A stretch of 64,000 nt of DNA, from positions 21,762,001-21,826,000 of the forward strand of contig OZ365110.1 in the NCBI GenBank assembly GCA_977030845.1, in the 5' to 3' direction. Position 1 is the first letter of the stretch. Each line of letters starts with the position of its first letter. The notes below the pieces were generated by a model. The model ran no database searches, had not been told where the DNA came from, and saw nothing but the letters and a program-made list of their open reading frames with translations. This document shows, piece after piece, positions 13,001 to 25,218 of the stretch. A program made the translations under genes and the position numbers. Source of the DNA: Fimbriosthenelais zetlandica. Its lineage: Eukaryota.

Positions 13001-16000
13001 TCCTAGGAGTCCGACTTTCTCAGGTTTATTTGGTCGTTGATAGTTAGCCGAGTTATCTCGGTTATTGTTCATAAAACCCCTCTGACCATTATTTTCATCG
13101 GCCTGCCACGACCTGCCCCCCGACAACTGTGTAGCACCAGGGTGTTCGCCAAGCAGGCCTGGCTTGCGCATGGGTGGAGGAGGCCCCATATTACTACAGT
13201 TAGGGTTTGGCAGTAAAGGTTTGTAGGGTTTCCCCTGGGGCGGGGGTCCACTGTTCATGGGTGGTGGTGGCATGGGTGGAGGTGGCCCCATTGGTGGGGG
13301 TCTCATATCGTGGTTATGTGGTGATGGTGGAGGTGGAATGGGTGGCCGTCCGGAAGGTGGGAAGGGCATCTGTCCATGGATGGGACCTCTGGGTCCCGGT
13401 CCACCCAGGTTGGGACGCGGTGGTCGCCGGTTGGCCAATGGCCGGTGCGACATCTGAGGTCCAAGAAGTGGGGGCCTCTGCGGGAGAGGCCCTTGTGGGG
13501 GCATTGGGGGCCGCCCCCCAGGTGGGGGCATCTGATGGGCTATTGGTAAGCCACCCATACCGCCCCCACCACCCCCAGACCTCAATGTCTCTAACTGCTC
13601 TCTGATCTGACCCTCTAAGAAAAGTGCTAATAAAGGATTGGCCGGACCCACATTGACATTTTCCTTTGATCCTGGGTCAGGGAAGAGGTTTGGAGGGGGC
13701 GGGGGACCGTTACCGAGCAGGGAGCGTTTCTCTGTCTCTGCTCCCCCTCCTCCAGCTCCGCCAGGGCCTAGTAGAGGACGGCACACCGGACCTCCAGGCG
13801 TGGGCGCATCACCGAGCAATCCCAACTTAGCTGGAACACCAGGACCTGCTCCTAGTAGAGGTGTCTTCATGGGAGGGTGGTGGCCACCGGGGGCGTCACC
13901 GAGCAAGCCTTGGCCGGTACTATGGACAGGTGGTGGTGGGGGACTGTCAGGGGTATTGTTGTTATTATTGCTGCTACCTTGGGAAGTGCCTTGTACCAGG
14001 CTCATCAAATGGTTCCAGTTATAAAGCTGGTTCACGTTTATGTTACACGTGTTACCATTGGCAGGTGGGTTATTGTTGGACTGGTTTGGGAACAGATCTC
14101 TGTTTTGCATGGCAAGATTCTGGAGAAGTGCATTGGCCTGAGCTATCATCGGATTTCCAAGGAGAGATGGTCGAGTTGTACCACCCTAAGAAAAAAATAT
14201 TAATTCGATCAGGACCTAATACTACTGTACAGATTATATCAGTATACGCAATGAACCATCTCAAAATCATTATTAAAAATCGTGTAGCTTTTCTAAATAG
14301 AATTTTTCAGATATGGTTTATCTTGGCAAGAAAAAAACCATTGTCCAACTTACCGCCTCCGCCTGTTCATTGCGTAGATTAGCTGTCAGCATTGCTTTTA
14401 ATTGAGTGTTGGTCATCAGAGACGGCTCGCGCTGAAAGGGTAGAGAAAAAGTCATTTTGACCACACATACGGAAAAGAAAAATAGCTATTTTATAGAAGA
14501 GGGCCATGTGCCTCGACAGCTCAAGAATTTAATCCAAGGGTAGATGCTGCACCTATCAGAATAATAAACAACCAAATATACAAGGACATTTCCAAATTTC
14601 GAGACAAAAGATGATCCCATATACCATATCATTATTGAGAAGGAATGTTTAAAATTTTCGGCTACATACTGCCTCATTAGACAAACAGGAGTATAAATAG
14701 GGTATTTAGGGATCAAATTTACATTATTGCATGGGTTGGTAGGATAGATAGTGGGTAATTTTGCCAGTAGGGGGCCTTACCTGCTGGAGCTGCATGGCCA
14801 GGTGGACAGCCAGGAGTGCCACCTGGAGGTTAGTGTTCATCAGTGGATTTGGGGGCATGTTAGGGGCCATACCCAACAGACCTAAAATGTAACAAACATA
14901 CTCTTAGATTAAATATCAATTTTATGTTTTATATAAATGTATATTTATATTCTTTCATATAAATACAATAACTTCAATTATTTTAGTCATTTTAGGCCTA
15001 TATCAATGACATTGACCCAATTTCTATAATTTTCATTATTCTGAGAATCACCTACTATTATTTATAAGGAAATTAGTATTATTCGGGAAAGAAACACGTT
15101 TTAATGAAATGAGCTAGATACCTGGTTTGTGATTTGGAGGTTGGGTGGATTGTAACTGCTGCAAGATCTTCTGGAAACTTCGTAACACTAAAGAATGATA
15201 GAAAATCTAAGTATCACAGTAAAAATTGAATACAGCTAGACAAGCGATGGAAGTCGTAAATAAGCTTTTCAAGGACAACGTAGGTAGCAAATGGTTACAA
15301 AACTATTAAATGAGTCCACATATTATTAGGAATTTTAAATAACTTACATCAATAATATGTATTATTCATTTTGGGAATTTTTAATCTTCATTTCAAATAA
15401 ATTTGCAAGTTATTAGTACTATATAACTGACTTACACTGGGGCGACTGTCCGAGTAGGACCATCATAAGAGGGCTGGTAAGGGTGTCGTTGGTAGGCCCA
15501 GGAAGGATGCCAGGGTTAGGGAGTAGAGCCTGCTTTGAACTGTTACTCTGATAATGAAGGAGGGAAGAAATGAGTACATGTACCTTAAGTGGCAAATGGC
15601 AAATGAGTACTTACAATACAAGAGACCAATCAGTAACAAACAAATAAAGAAATTTAAGGTATACATTGTCCATTATTAAATTCTGCGTGGGCGGAATAAA
15701 GAGGATTCAGAACTCAAATTGAAGCTTAAGACGGGTAAGGGATACTGAGTAAATCGGGGATTTTTACATTCAAATTTGTTTATAATTATTGAGTCTTTTG
15801 AGGGGAAATCATCCTTAACTCAAAAGCATTAGGAACTTTAATTAACCTTTTCAGGAGGGAATTGTCGGATCGATTTTTGTATCAAAATCAGAAGCAGTGG
15901 GACATGACAATACAACAGACGAAGTAATGGCTTAAGTCATATAAATTTAGCAAAATATTTAGTTGGGGAGGAAAATGTGGAACTTACATGTGCTGCGAGG

Positions 16001-19000
16001 AGAGTGCTGAACAAGTCAACACCAGATCTGCCCGGGAGACAGAATGTGACACGTATACGCTGGAGACGGAGAGATAAACCACTGCCTTGTCTCTGAGTCT
16101 CCTCGGCAGCCTCGGCTGTCTCATACTCTACTACAGCAAAAGATCCACTACCCTTACAGTTAGACTGGCTCTCAGCAGTATGAAGCTGTCAATACAAGAA
16201 CAGGCAAATCAATGAAATCATATAATATTACGTGTTATTACAGTCATAGTCATATTGTTAATCATTTAATGATCAGCCGACCCGGTCAGGCCAGTATGGA
16301 TTCTTCATATTTGCAATTAAACTAATCAATAATTTAAATAAAAATAAAATCTCGCCAGCCCCCATACGGTGAAATTTTGTTACCGGTACGTAATATTACG
16401 TTAAAAAAAATCATATTCATTCAAATTATTAATTTTCATTTCCATGCAAGACTTTGTATTGCGGTTATGATTATTTAAAAAAATATATATTCCTAACAAG
16501 GTAGGGTAATATACAATTTTCTTTACATCGCTATCAGTCTGTATATAAAAGAAAAATGGACAATCTTGCTTGCTTGCTTACTCGGAAGAATGTTGGAGTT
16601 TTGACGAAACTAAAAATGTTCTTCAGTTCCATTTCATTGTCGTAGCCGGCAGGTAGGTGATCGATAAAGAGACATCGAGATTGGAGGTGCTCAAAAGAGA
16701 CGATGGAAGTGTCGAGGAAATCACAGTGGAGAATACACGAGCCCACGCGTTTACCGTCCAGCATATTACGAGCCTGAGTAGAGAGTTCCTTATTGTGGGA
16801 GAACTCGACAAAACCATAGCCTTTACTGCGCCCTGAGGAAAGATATGACAAAGTTAAATACCAACAGCCAGCGAGATCTTGATTGAAAGATAACTTAATC
16901 TTATGTACGGTAAATTGACTTCGGTGCCAACCAATTTAAGAGGGTTGATAATAGCCATTACAAAGTTTTTTCTCATTATATTATATGCAATAAACTTAAA
17001 GAATAGATTGACATTAGTGAACCAAAATTTTAACATTGTAGGCTACATATTTTTAAGGCAATGAGATATAATACTGGGACTGTCCAATCAATGTAATATT
17101 AGATACATTTTTATAATTACAAATAACCATACAGTCATGCCTACCTTCTATGTTGCGCATAAGAAAAGCTCTTTCGATGGAGCCATATTCGCTGACCATA
17201 TTCCTGAAGTCTGCATCATCCAGATTGAGTGGCAAGTGAGCGATACAGAGAAGGCATTCATTAGGATAGATGGCCACTGACACGGGCGTTTCCATCAGAA
17301 GTTTACTGCTGAGAAGAGCCACAGCTCCTTCAGCCTGTCCCCCGTCCGTCAGTGTGGCCACAGCTGAAATATAACAATGTATACACATTCTTAGTATAGT
17401 TTTTACCCAGAATCACAATGACTAAATGTATTTCAAATCACGGATTTAATGTAAAATGTCGATTCATTTTTTTTTTTTTTATAGATATTTTCATCAATGA
17501 TTCAGAATAATGCTAGGCCTACCGGTACCTATATTAAAAAAATAAATATACGCAGGCCTAGTACTTACCATGACGAGCTCTCTTGCTTATGGATATATTG
17601 CTTACAGAATATGAACCCAGAAACTCCTTGACTTCCTGCAAAAAGAAATACATATTTAATTGTTTTTGACTTTCATGAATAGCTGGATGTACAATGGGGC
17701 GGATGTGTATTCACCCTAGATGTATAGCCTATTCACAGAATTTCTACCTGGTAGACTAGCCCATATTTTGAGTATTCAGATTTCTAAATCCACTACCTGG
17801 GTATCCGGGAAATATATATTATAAAGCTGCGCAAGATCCTATAAGCTATATAGTATGATAATACCTTTGAATGTTATTAATTTCTGTTCGCATTTGGGTT
17901 TACTTTTAGACCTAAATAAACAGGTGGACGTATATGTAGGCCTACATATTAGTACAATATGGTAAGGTACCGTACGGTACAGATGTGTAGGCCGAGGTCC
18001 ATTAATTCATTCTTGCCTTGGGCCTGGCCTAGATCTGCCTGTACGGTTTGTGTATTCATGGACATGGAATTTCTGCCTGGCAGCCGTAGGCGTAGGCCTA
18101 CCCATGTTTTTGTGTATTCGAATTTTTAACCCACTACAGTACGTGGTCGTGGGTATCCGGGATTGTAAAGACCCTTTAATACCTTTGTATGTTTAGGGGT
18201 GTAGACATAATGGCTATGGGCCAAGCACCTGCCGCGAGCACCTGCATCATTAAAGGTGTCCATAGGAATGAAATGAAAATCGTAAATCTATAGGCATACT
18301 ATAGTATGATGCACCTGTGTCTGTGACCTGTACAAATTAAACTTATCGCTAAAGGACAAATTTTCGCTGCAACATGACCTTGTCAGTTTGTGCCTACATG
18401 TGTCTATGGTAATATACAGTCACATGTAGGCTAATATAGTAATATTATTCATATCATTATCATGGTTATGGATTCATCAAATTCTACATCACTAAATGTA
18501 ACGTTACAGATTACATGCGAGTGTGTAGGCCAACCCAGAAATTAGAAATGCTCCATATGATATCATAGCTATTAGATCTATACACAAAGAGATGCAGCAA
18601 GCAGCAGACAATCAGTGCAGGAGCAAAGAAAGTAAACCACATCTCAGCACCCGTGTAGGCTACCTGTCTGTGGAGTGTGGGTGCCTACCTCTGACACCTC
18701 CATCAAGCAGCATCACCATTTGACATGATTTTCTTGGCGGGCCATATTTAATATCAGCCTGTCGAGCTCACACATGTATCAACATATATAATATCATATG
18801 TGGAGCTCACCTCATATCTGACCGGGGGGATATTTTTGATGATTATCTTCCTGTTTTTGTTAAATTCTCGCCGTGCAGCATCCAGGGAGTCGGAGAGGCC
18901 GCCTAGGCAGCGGTCACTGCCAGCTGCCCAATGTCCCTGGTTTCTCCCGCTCCTGTCGTCGTTTAAACTGTCTGTATCACTAGATTTGAAATCCTCATCT

Positions 19001-19053
19001 CTGTAGCTAGCATCTGATTGCGACCCATCCATGCTCCCCGATGAGTTCATCAT
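10047..19053 (-). CDS. RAVER1: Ribonucleoprotein PTB-binding protein (RAVER1/RAVER2 pro-orthologue), 13 exons, ~1010 aa
   Basis: Exons (minus): 19053-18811, 17635-17569, 17363-17145, 16832-16582, 16185-15988, 15547-15436, 15187-15122, 14881-14781, 14185-12986, 12698-12453, 11997-11923, 11572-11474, 10202-10047. All GT-AG with consistent phases, 3033 nt in total. Three N-terminal RRMs (RNP1 KGYGFVEF), repeated [S/G]LLGxxP PTB-interaction motifs, and the RAVER-specific C-terminus [36 protein letters not shown]. Confidence 0.93.
10441..10610. repeat. AT-rich degenerate tandem repeat in the last RAVER intron
   Basis: AATT(T)CGTTTAATCAATTT occurs three times and CAATTTCATTTAATACTTTC twice. Confidence 0.65.
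12364..12421. repeat. Intronic inverted repeat / hairpin (short palindromic MITE-like or pre-miRNA-like)
   Basis: Perfect 14-bp arms AAGTTGAGCCGAAA (12368-12381) and TTTCGGCTCAACTT (12404-12417), extendable on both sides. Confidence 0.7.
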
Positions 19054-19206
19054 TAGAGGTTTTAAAATGACCGATGTACTTGCCCTACCCTCCCGAATTT
19101 GAAATTTTCTCTTACCCCCAGTGCGGTGTGGCGGGCATGTTCTCCCCTAAAATAAATACAGCTTCTGGCTTGCGACGCGAGGTGGCGCGACGGATGCTGA
19201 CAGATA

Positions 19207-19217
19207 TTCCCGCCAAA
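19207..19217 (-). promoter_or_regulatory. E2F consensus site in the CpG-rich RAVER promoter
   Basis: TTCCCGCCAAA (reverse complement TTTGGCGGGAA) ~155 bp upstream of the ATG. Confidence 0.5.
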
Positions 19218-19406
19218 AAGTAATAGGCCTAATCCTATATTGTTCTACACACAGGTAGGCCTATGTAGCCTAGGCCGATCAAATTTCATGTAAGAACTAA
19301 GCCTGGCCTATAATTTTAATGGAGCCTAGTCAGTTGCAGGCCTCGTTAGGCTTGCCTCGCTTGGTCCTGGCCCAATCTATAGGTAGGCCTAGGCCTAGAC
19401 CTAAGC

Positions 19407-20877
19407 TAGGGACTCTAATAAAAATTTTAAAATCGTTCTTTAATTTTTTAAATATGACCAAGGGCTGGATGTTGGGCGGAATTAGACAAAACTTTTTAAA
19501 TGGAGTGAATATCTTTATCCGTTCAGAAGTTATCGGGGATTGAACGGCCAGAAAATGGACAAGATTTCTCACTTTTTTACTATAGGCTATCGGAGAAGGA
19601 ATTGGCCACGTCACTGTGTAATGAACGTCTGTTTTTTATTCTGTCACACAAACTTTACTTTTCAACCAATTTTTGTCAAATCTTCAATATATATTCAAAT
19701 TATCTGGTGTTAAATGATTATGCAAGACTATTTGACCTTTGACCTTGTCGTCCCCTCGTAATATGTAGGTTAAAAGTCACTTGTTCTAGAGAATCAATGC
19801 TAAATGACTGCTTTGAATCAGAAATCTAATAACGGCTTTTACTCTTTCATCTTAAAGCTCCATATTCTACATATCTTAAGCTACGTATAGGTTTTTGTTT
19901 CATCGAGATCGACCCGGTAATTGCTTCAGAATTTAAACTTAAATTAACGCTGTTCTCGGACTAAAATTGTTTTGCCTTGTGGTGGTCTCACAGTGCAGCG
20001 GTCATTCACTTTCTGAGTAAGGCCAGAAAGTTGTAATGTTTGTTTCTGGTTCAACGACTGACCGTCATAAAATCCCCCATAGAATCGCCGACGTCATCGC
20101 CATTCTTTAGCTAAAAACAAAACTCTAAAGTCCTGACTCTCCTCTGAAAAATTGAAATCTACGTTGGTCTTAAAAATGTTATGTGACCTGAAACAGTATT
20201 TTGTTATTTGGCCTAACTGTAGTAGGCTGGGCCGCATGGTAAAAAATACATGAAGAATCTATTTGGATATTACATAGACTGCGCCGGTCCTAATACAATC
20301 CAAACCGACATGATTCTGGTGTAGAAATGTCGAAAAAGGTTTCTAAACCTTCAAAACGAACGCCCCGCTTATAATTTCCAGAGATTTCGGCGATTAATTC
20401 TCCGCTCGGAGCAGACGCTCGGCCTTCCTATGGCAGTTTAGTGTATTAGCCAGACATGTCGGGAAACGTCAAGGTAGAATCTTGCGTTCTATATTAAACA
20501 GACTGCGCCGGTCCTAATATCAATATAAATTACTGATTATGGAGTAAAAATGTCTGAAAAAGCCGACTAGATCATCAAATTCAGCGCCCCGATTAAAATC
20601 CTTGTAAATATTTGCGATTGTAAGTTACCCCGTTTTCTCTTGGACAATAGACATAGGAAGGACTGGTCGTATTATTATCAAAAAACGACCATCATGTACG
20701 TCGATTCGTGTTCTTTCAAATGCAGTAAAGTAGAAGTTGGTCAGATATGTTAGGACTGAGCAATGCCTCAAAACGTGAACACTACCAAATCAGTACTGTC
20801 AAGTCGCGACCCAATTTTCACATGCCCAGCTGGGTGAGAATTTGAGCGGTGGATTGCACGCGTTACTAGAGTCCCTA
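19407..20877. mobile_element. Non-autonomous TIR DNA transposon, copy 1 (1471 bp, 7-bp TSD CCTAAGC)
   Basis: Ends TAGGGACTCTA...TAGAGTCCCTA (14 of 15 bp TIR match). Direct repeat CCTAAGC at 19400-19406 and 20878-20884. Inverted twin at 29923-31393. No transposase ORF. Confidence 0.9.
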
Positions 20878-22155
20878 CCTAAGCCTTGGGTGTACCTTGG
20901 GTGTAGCCCAAGGCCCCCTAGACCTAGTATATGTATTCAACAATAGAGTTTGTATATGAGTGAATACGTTTAATAAAGTAATCAAGTTTCTCATTTCACC
21001 ATAAAGTTGTAGCAATGTAGGTAGGCTACCTAGGCCCTAGGCTTATTCCAGTTGAAGGGCTGACCCAAGTGGACTGTTAGGTTTTTTTTTAGCCTATACC
21101 GGTACCCCCTATCAAAGCGAATATGCCTCGGCTTATTTTTTGTTTTGAAAAGAAAGTCCACAAGATCATATGGGCCCACACGTTGTAGCCTATCCTGGAT
21201 GGGTTTTCTTTTTCTATGAACTTATAATGACCATATTTGTTGCACAATTACAAAAGGCTCTTTCAATATATAAAAAGGAAATGAAAATATTGGCTCTATC
21301 TATGCATATATGACGAAAGTTCGTGGCTTGTTATTTGAAGAGATTTCATGGATGTCTCTCTAGACTTCAAAAAGAGTTGTTTGTTTTAGAGCGGATAGTT
21401 CCGTGAGGCAATCCCTGAAACGATCTACATGTAGGAACTTATAGCCTACATGTAGGCCTACAGTAGTAGCCTGGTCATGATATTATGCAAACATACGGAG
21501 TAAAAGTGATGAAAACCGACTATAGGCCTATGACTTCGTGGACTGCATGGAAAATGTATTGGTCAATAAGCCTAATTATAGAGTGCTTAATGCCTAGGCC
21601 AGCTGAGCTAAATGCCATTTTTACTTTTAAAATCCAACTTTATTTTTATTTGCCACTAGTGATTCCCTCTATTTAAAATGTCAAAAAGATTAAAGGAGAA
21701 AAAAATGGACCTTGAGATGCATAGAGCTGGGCCGGGTCGATGAAGCCGGATAGGCCTACATATATAGGCTATAGATGTATGCATAAGAGTGAAATCCTGT
21801 TCACCTGAATCCCTGGTTGTCAATAATGTCATTTTAAACAAACTATTATTTAGGCCTTACAATCCCCAAATTTTCAGGGTGTGGTGTGAAAGTTTCACTG
21901 AGTGGGATTTTTGAGATCACCTAGATGGTTTATTTTCCTAGAAGTAGGCCTATGGGTATGTGGGCCTTATACTTCCCCCAGGAACATGATGTCAATGTAT
22001 ACTAACTCTGCGTGAGCTCATGTACCATCCCACATAAGCAACTCGTGTATGATCCAGGAGTTTCTTATCTATTGTGGAAACAATGTCCACCTAAATCCCT
22101 ATAAGCAAACACACATACCCCCTCCCACCTCATAGTTCCTGGTGAGTCTAACTAG

Positions 22156-22162
22156 TATAAAT
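22156..22162 (+). promoter_or_regulatory. TATA box of the chitin-binding protein gene
   Basis: TATAAAT ~105 bp upstream of the ATG at 22265. Confidence 0.5.
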
Positions 22163-22264
22163 GTGACATGAAATCAGACAGGAGTATGAATCCCGGAGAT
22201 CAAACCTCAAACAACACATATTTTCACCAGGAACCGAAGAAGGACCCTCGACTCTACCACCAAG

Positions 22265-23771
22265 ATGAAGGTAGGACCATTATTATTGATCCCAGATTAA
22301 ACTATAAAGTTTTGTAATATTTGAAAGCTTCTGAACCTTCTTATATAAAAGGTTGGAAAATTGTAGTTTTATTAATATTTATATGATACATTTCAACGAC
22401 AAGGGCTTTATAACAAAATCTAAATCATAAAAGTCTCTCATGATAATGGAAATAGGCATTTGTTGTATCATTTTCTCAAACCACGTCATTTATGAACAAG
22501 ATTTTAGGAACAATGCGTGGGTTGTTTACAATGTGGGGTGTTACTAATAACTTACATGTTATCGTTGTATTTTTCAGTTCTTTCCTTTAGCTATCTTACT
22601 GATTCTGGGGACTGTTCTCCTCATTGAACGATCCAAAGCCGCCCCCAGTAGTTCCAGAAGTGAGTAGGCAGCTCGGTAATTTTGACTTTTCTTAATTACA
22701 CTGGTAAATTCAACACTTTATCAACCAATAACTTTACTGTTGAGGATTAGAATATTACCTAAAACACTAATAATATTATATAGGGTCTATAGCTATCTTT
22801 TGTAATAATATTTAGCCTATACATGTAGGCCTATTAGTTTTACATGAGATGTCAAGATTGATTTGTAGTAATGTTAAACAAAAAAATTATCCTTTCTCTT
22901 ATATTTTACTTATTATACCGTACCTAAAATATCATAACTCAGTAAGAGTAATGGGATACTCATGATTTACACAATATCGTATAAAATTACATGTATTTCT
23001 ATAATAAATCCATTTACAGGTAGCGAGTGGGATGATGAATCTGGATCAGATGAACTGAAAGATAGCAAGGACGATAGTAGTGATTGTGATGAATCGAGTG
23101 AAGGGGCAAGTGAACCAGAGAGCGAAGGAACGAGTGAGGCAGAAAGCGAGGGAACGAGTGAGTCAGAAAGCGAGGGAACGAGTGAGCCAGAGGGCGAGGG
23201 AACGAGTGAGTCAGAAAGCGAGGGAACGAGTGAGTCAGAAAGCGAGGGAACGAGTGAGCCAGAGGGCGAGGGAACGAGTGAGCCAGAGGGCGAGGGAACG
23301 AGTGAGTCAGAAAGCGGTAAGTCTATAATTATGGCCTGATGTTGAGCCAAAGGACATGTAACAGGCCAACAACTTTTGAAAGCTATTCTACATTGGAATC
23401 GATTTGCCTGGCTTTGAATTATTAATGGTTAATTAACAAGTAATTTCTTTCGTTATTCGGAAGTATTTCCCGCTTTATTTCAACATAGAATTAATTAATT
23501 ATTAATATTTTCTGCGTCTTTGTCTCTTCACCATGGGTAGCCGACTAATCCCCATCCTTCCTTATACTTTGCAGAATGGTTGTGTTCTGAAACTGGTCTC
23601 TTCCCCAACCCTTACGACTGTGGTCATTTCTACCAATGTACTGCTGAGGGTCAGGAGCCCTATGACATGATTTGTCCTAACGGTCTTCACTTTAACCCTG
23701 TAAACAAATGGTGTGACTGGCCGGCAAACGTTAATTGTACTCCAGCGGTAAATGTGCCCGCCCGAACATAA
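22265..23771 (+). CDS. Secreted protein with a Ser/Glu-rich acidic repeat region and a C-terminal chitin-binding type-2 (peritrophin-A / CBM14) domain
   Basis: Exons 22265-22270, 22578-22659, 23020-23316, 23575-23771 (GT-AG, phases consistent). Signal peptide MKFFPLAILLILGTVLLIERSKA; 9 octapeptide repeats EGTSE[S/P/A]E[S/G]; six-Cys domain C-SETGLFPNPYD-C-GHFYQ-C-...-C-PNGLHFNPVNKW-C-DWPANVN-C. Confidence 0.88.
23100..23315 (+). repeat. Coding 24-bp tandem repeat, 9 copies
   Basis: Unit GAGGGAACGAGTGAG(T/C)CAGA(AA/GG)GC. Confidence 0.92.
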
Positions 23772-24359
23772 TGCCCAACGCTCATACATACGAACCTCTC
23801 TACTGGCAAAATGTGTATTATATTATATAAAAGGGTGGTGTTCCTTCACTGACCATCTAAACTATAATTCAATATTAGAAATGTGGTAATTAATATCATT
23901 CTCCATTTTAGAAATATGGTAGGCCTAATATAGGTATCACACACTCCGTATTTTAAACTATATGCATGTCTAAACGTTGACCAAAGATGTATTTGAGATT
24001 TAAATTAAAAAAAATGCCTAAAAAAATTTCCTGTCCATTATAATTATGTTAACTGGTTTAAGAGTGATAATGGTATAATCTGGGCTCTTATTAAGGAGAA
24101 TGTTACGGCTAATAATAGCTTAGAAACGGACCCATGGACACAGACGTGTTAAAATCGCACCAAAATTAAACCACGTACAGTGCAGGGCCTTTCATTGGTT
24201 CCTGACATGCATGGTTTTCAAAAACATCTCCGGGAAGTTCCTGTTCATCTGATTTAATGTAGTGTCTAGACTAGAGCGTCTAGAGTAGAGTACTTAACGT
24301 TAGCGTTTAGAGAAGCGTACGTAAAGCTTATACAGGCCATGTATAAAAGGTGGGGTGGC

Positions 24360-24684
24360 GTGGGTTGGGGGGTGGGGGGATCCAGGACTTCGCAAAAGCG
24401 GATCCACAGTGGTGTTGCAGCCCACCCACCCCCCCCCCCCTCTTAAATTTGCAGGACATTTTCCCAACATTTTCTCTTTTTTTCGGGAGTGGCGGGGGAC
24501 CCCGGTGATTGGGATCCATCCCTTGGGGTATAACCTGGGATATGCAACTGATTAAGGTAGGCGGGGTTAGGGGGTGGATGGGTTTAGACTTGGATATAAC
24601 TTTTTGAGTGACAACAAATCATCTCCGCGGGGCGGGGGTTGGGGGACACCCTAGACGCCCCCCCCCCCCTTTGATCCGTCACTC
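24360..24684. mobile_element. Decayed or nested GC-rich MITE fragments
   Basis: GGATCCAGG near 24375 and CCCCCC...GATCCGTCACT near 24672 resemble ends of GGCGGATCC-type MITEs; G/C homopolymer runs; boundaries uncertain. Confidence 0.3.
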
Positions 24685-25218
24685 GGACGGTAGGGTAATA
24701 GTGAGACCGATGGGAGTAACTTGGAGCAGCTCGCCTCAGCGAACATTCATACACAGCATGTGAGCAGCTTGGATCTCAACAGCAGACGCCGAAATAATCA
24801 ATAAGTTACAATCAAATTTTCAATTACTGAACATATAATCTAAGGAATAATGATAATAGAGAAGCAACAATATCTCAGGATGAGAGCTTTGGAGTTAAAT
24901 TTAAGAAGCTACATGGTTTTTTCCACTTGTTAATTTGACCCGCCTATCTGCGCATCTCAGGCCCACACAAACCCAACATATTGGATCTAATTGACATAAG
25001 GATATTTTTGCATAACCTATGGCCAACGTCTTCATCAAGGTAGGCCTACTTGAACATGGACTTTCTAATTTATCGATGAGAAATCGTAACATAATAATAC
25101 AATCTTTTTAAGGCGAATGGTCCATAAAAGTTACTTCTATTTAATAGCCACTATTTACATGTATTATACATAGGGCCAGGCGTTTCAAACGTACAGTACG
25201 TGTACATGTGTATGATGT

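Noticed and set aside
13069-14382. Overlapping ORFs of 60-173 aa on both strands
   Set aside because: Shadow frames of the GC-rich RAVER exon 9.
19330-19614. ORF repeated at 31186-31452 (MTWPIPSPIAYSKK...) as a duplicated gene or transposase
   Set aside because: Identical only because both lie in the 1471-bp element; it runs off the element end and has no DDE or BED features.
22967-23350. Antisense and alternative-frame repeat ORFs (SLVPSPSG..., QKARERVS...)
   Set aside because: By-products of the 24-bp coding repeat.
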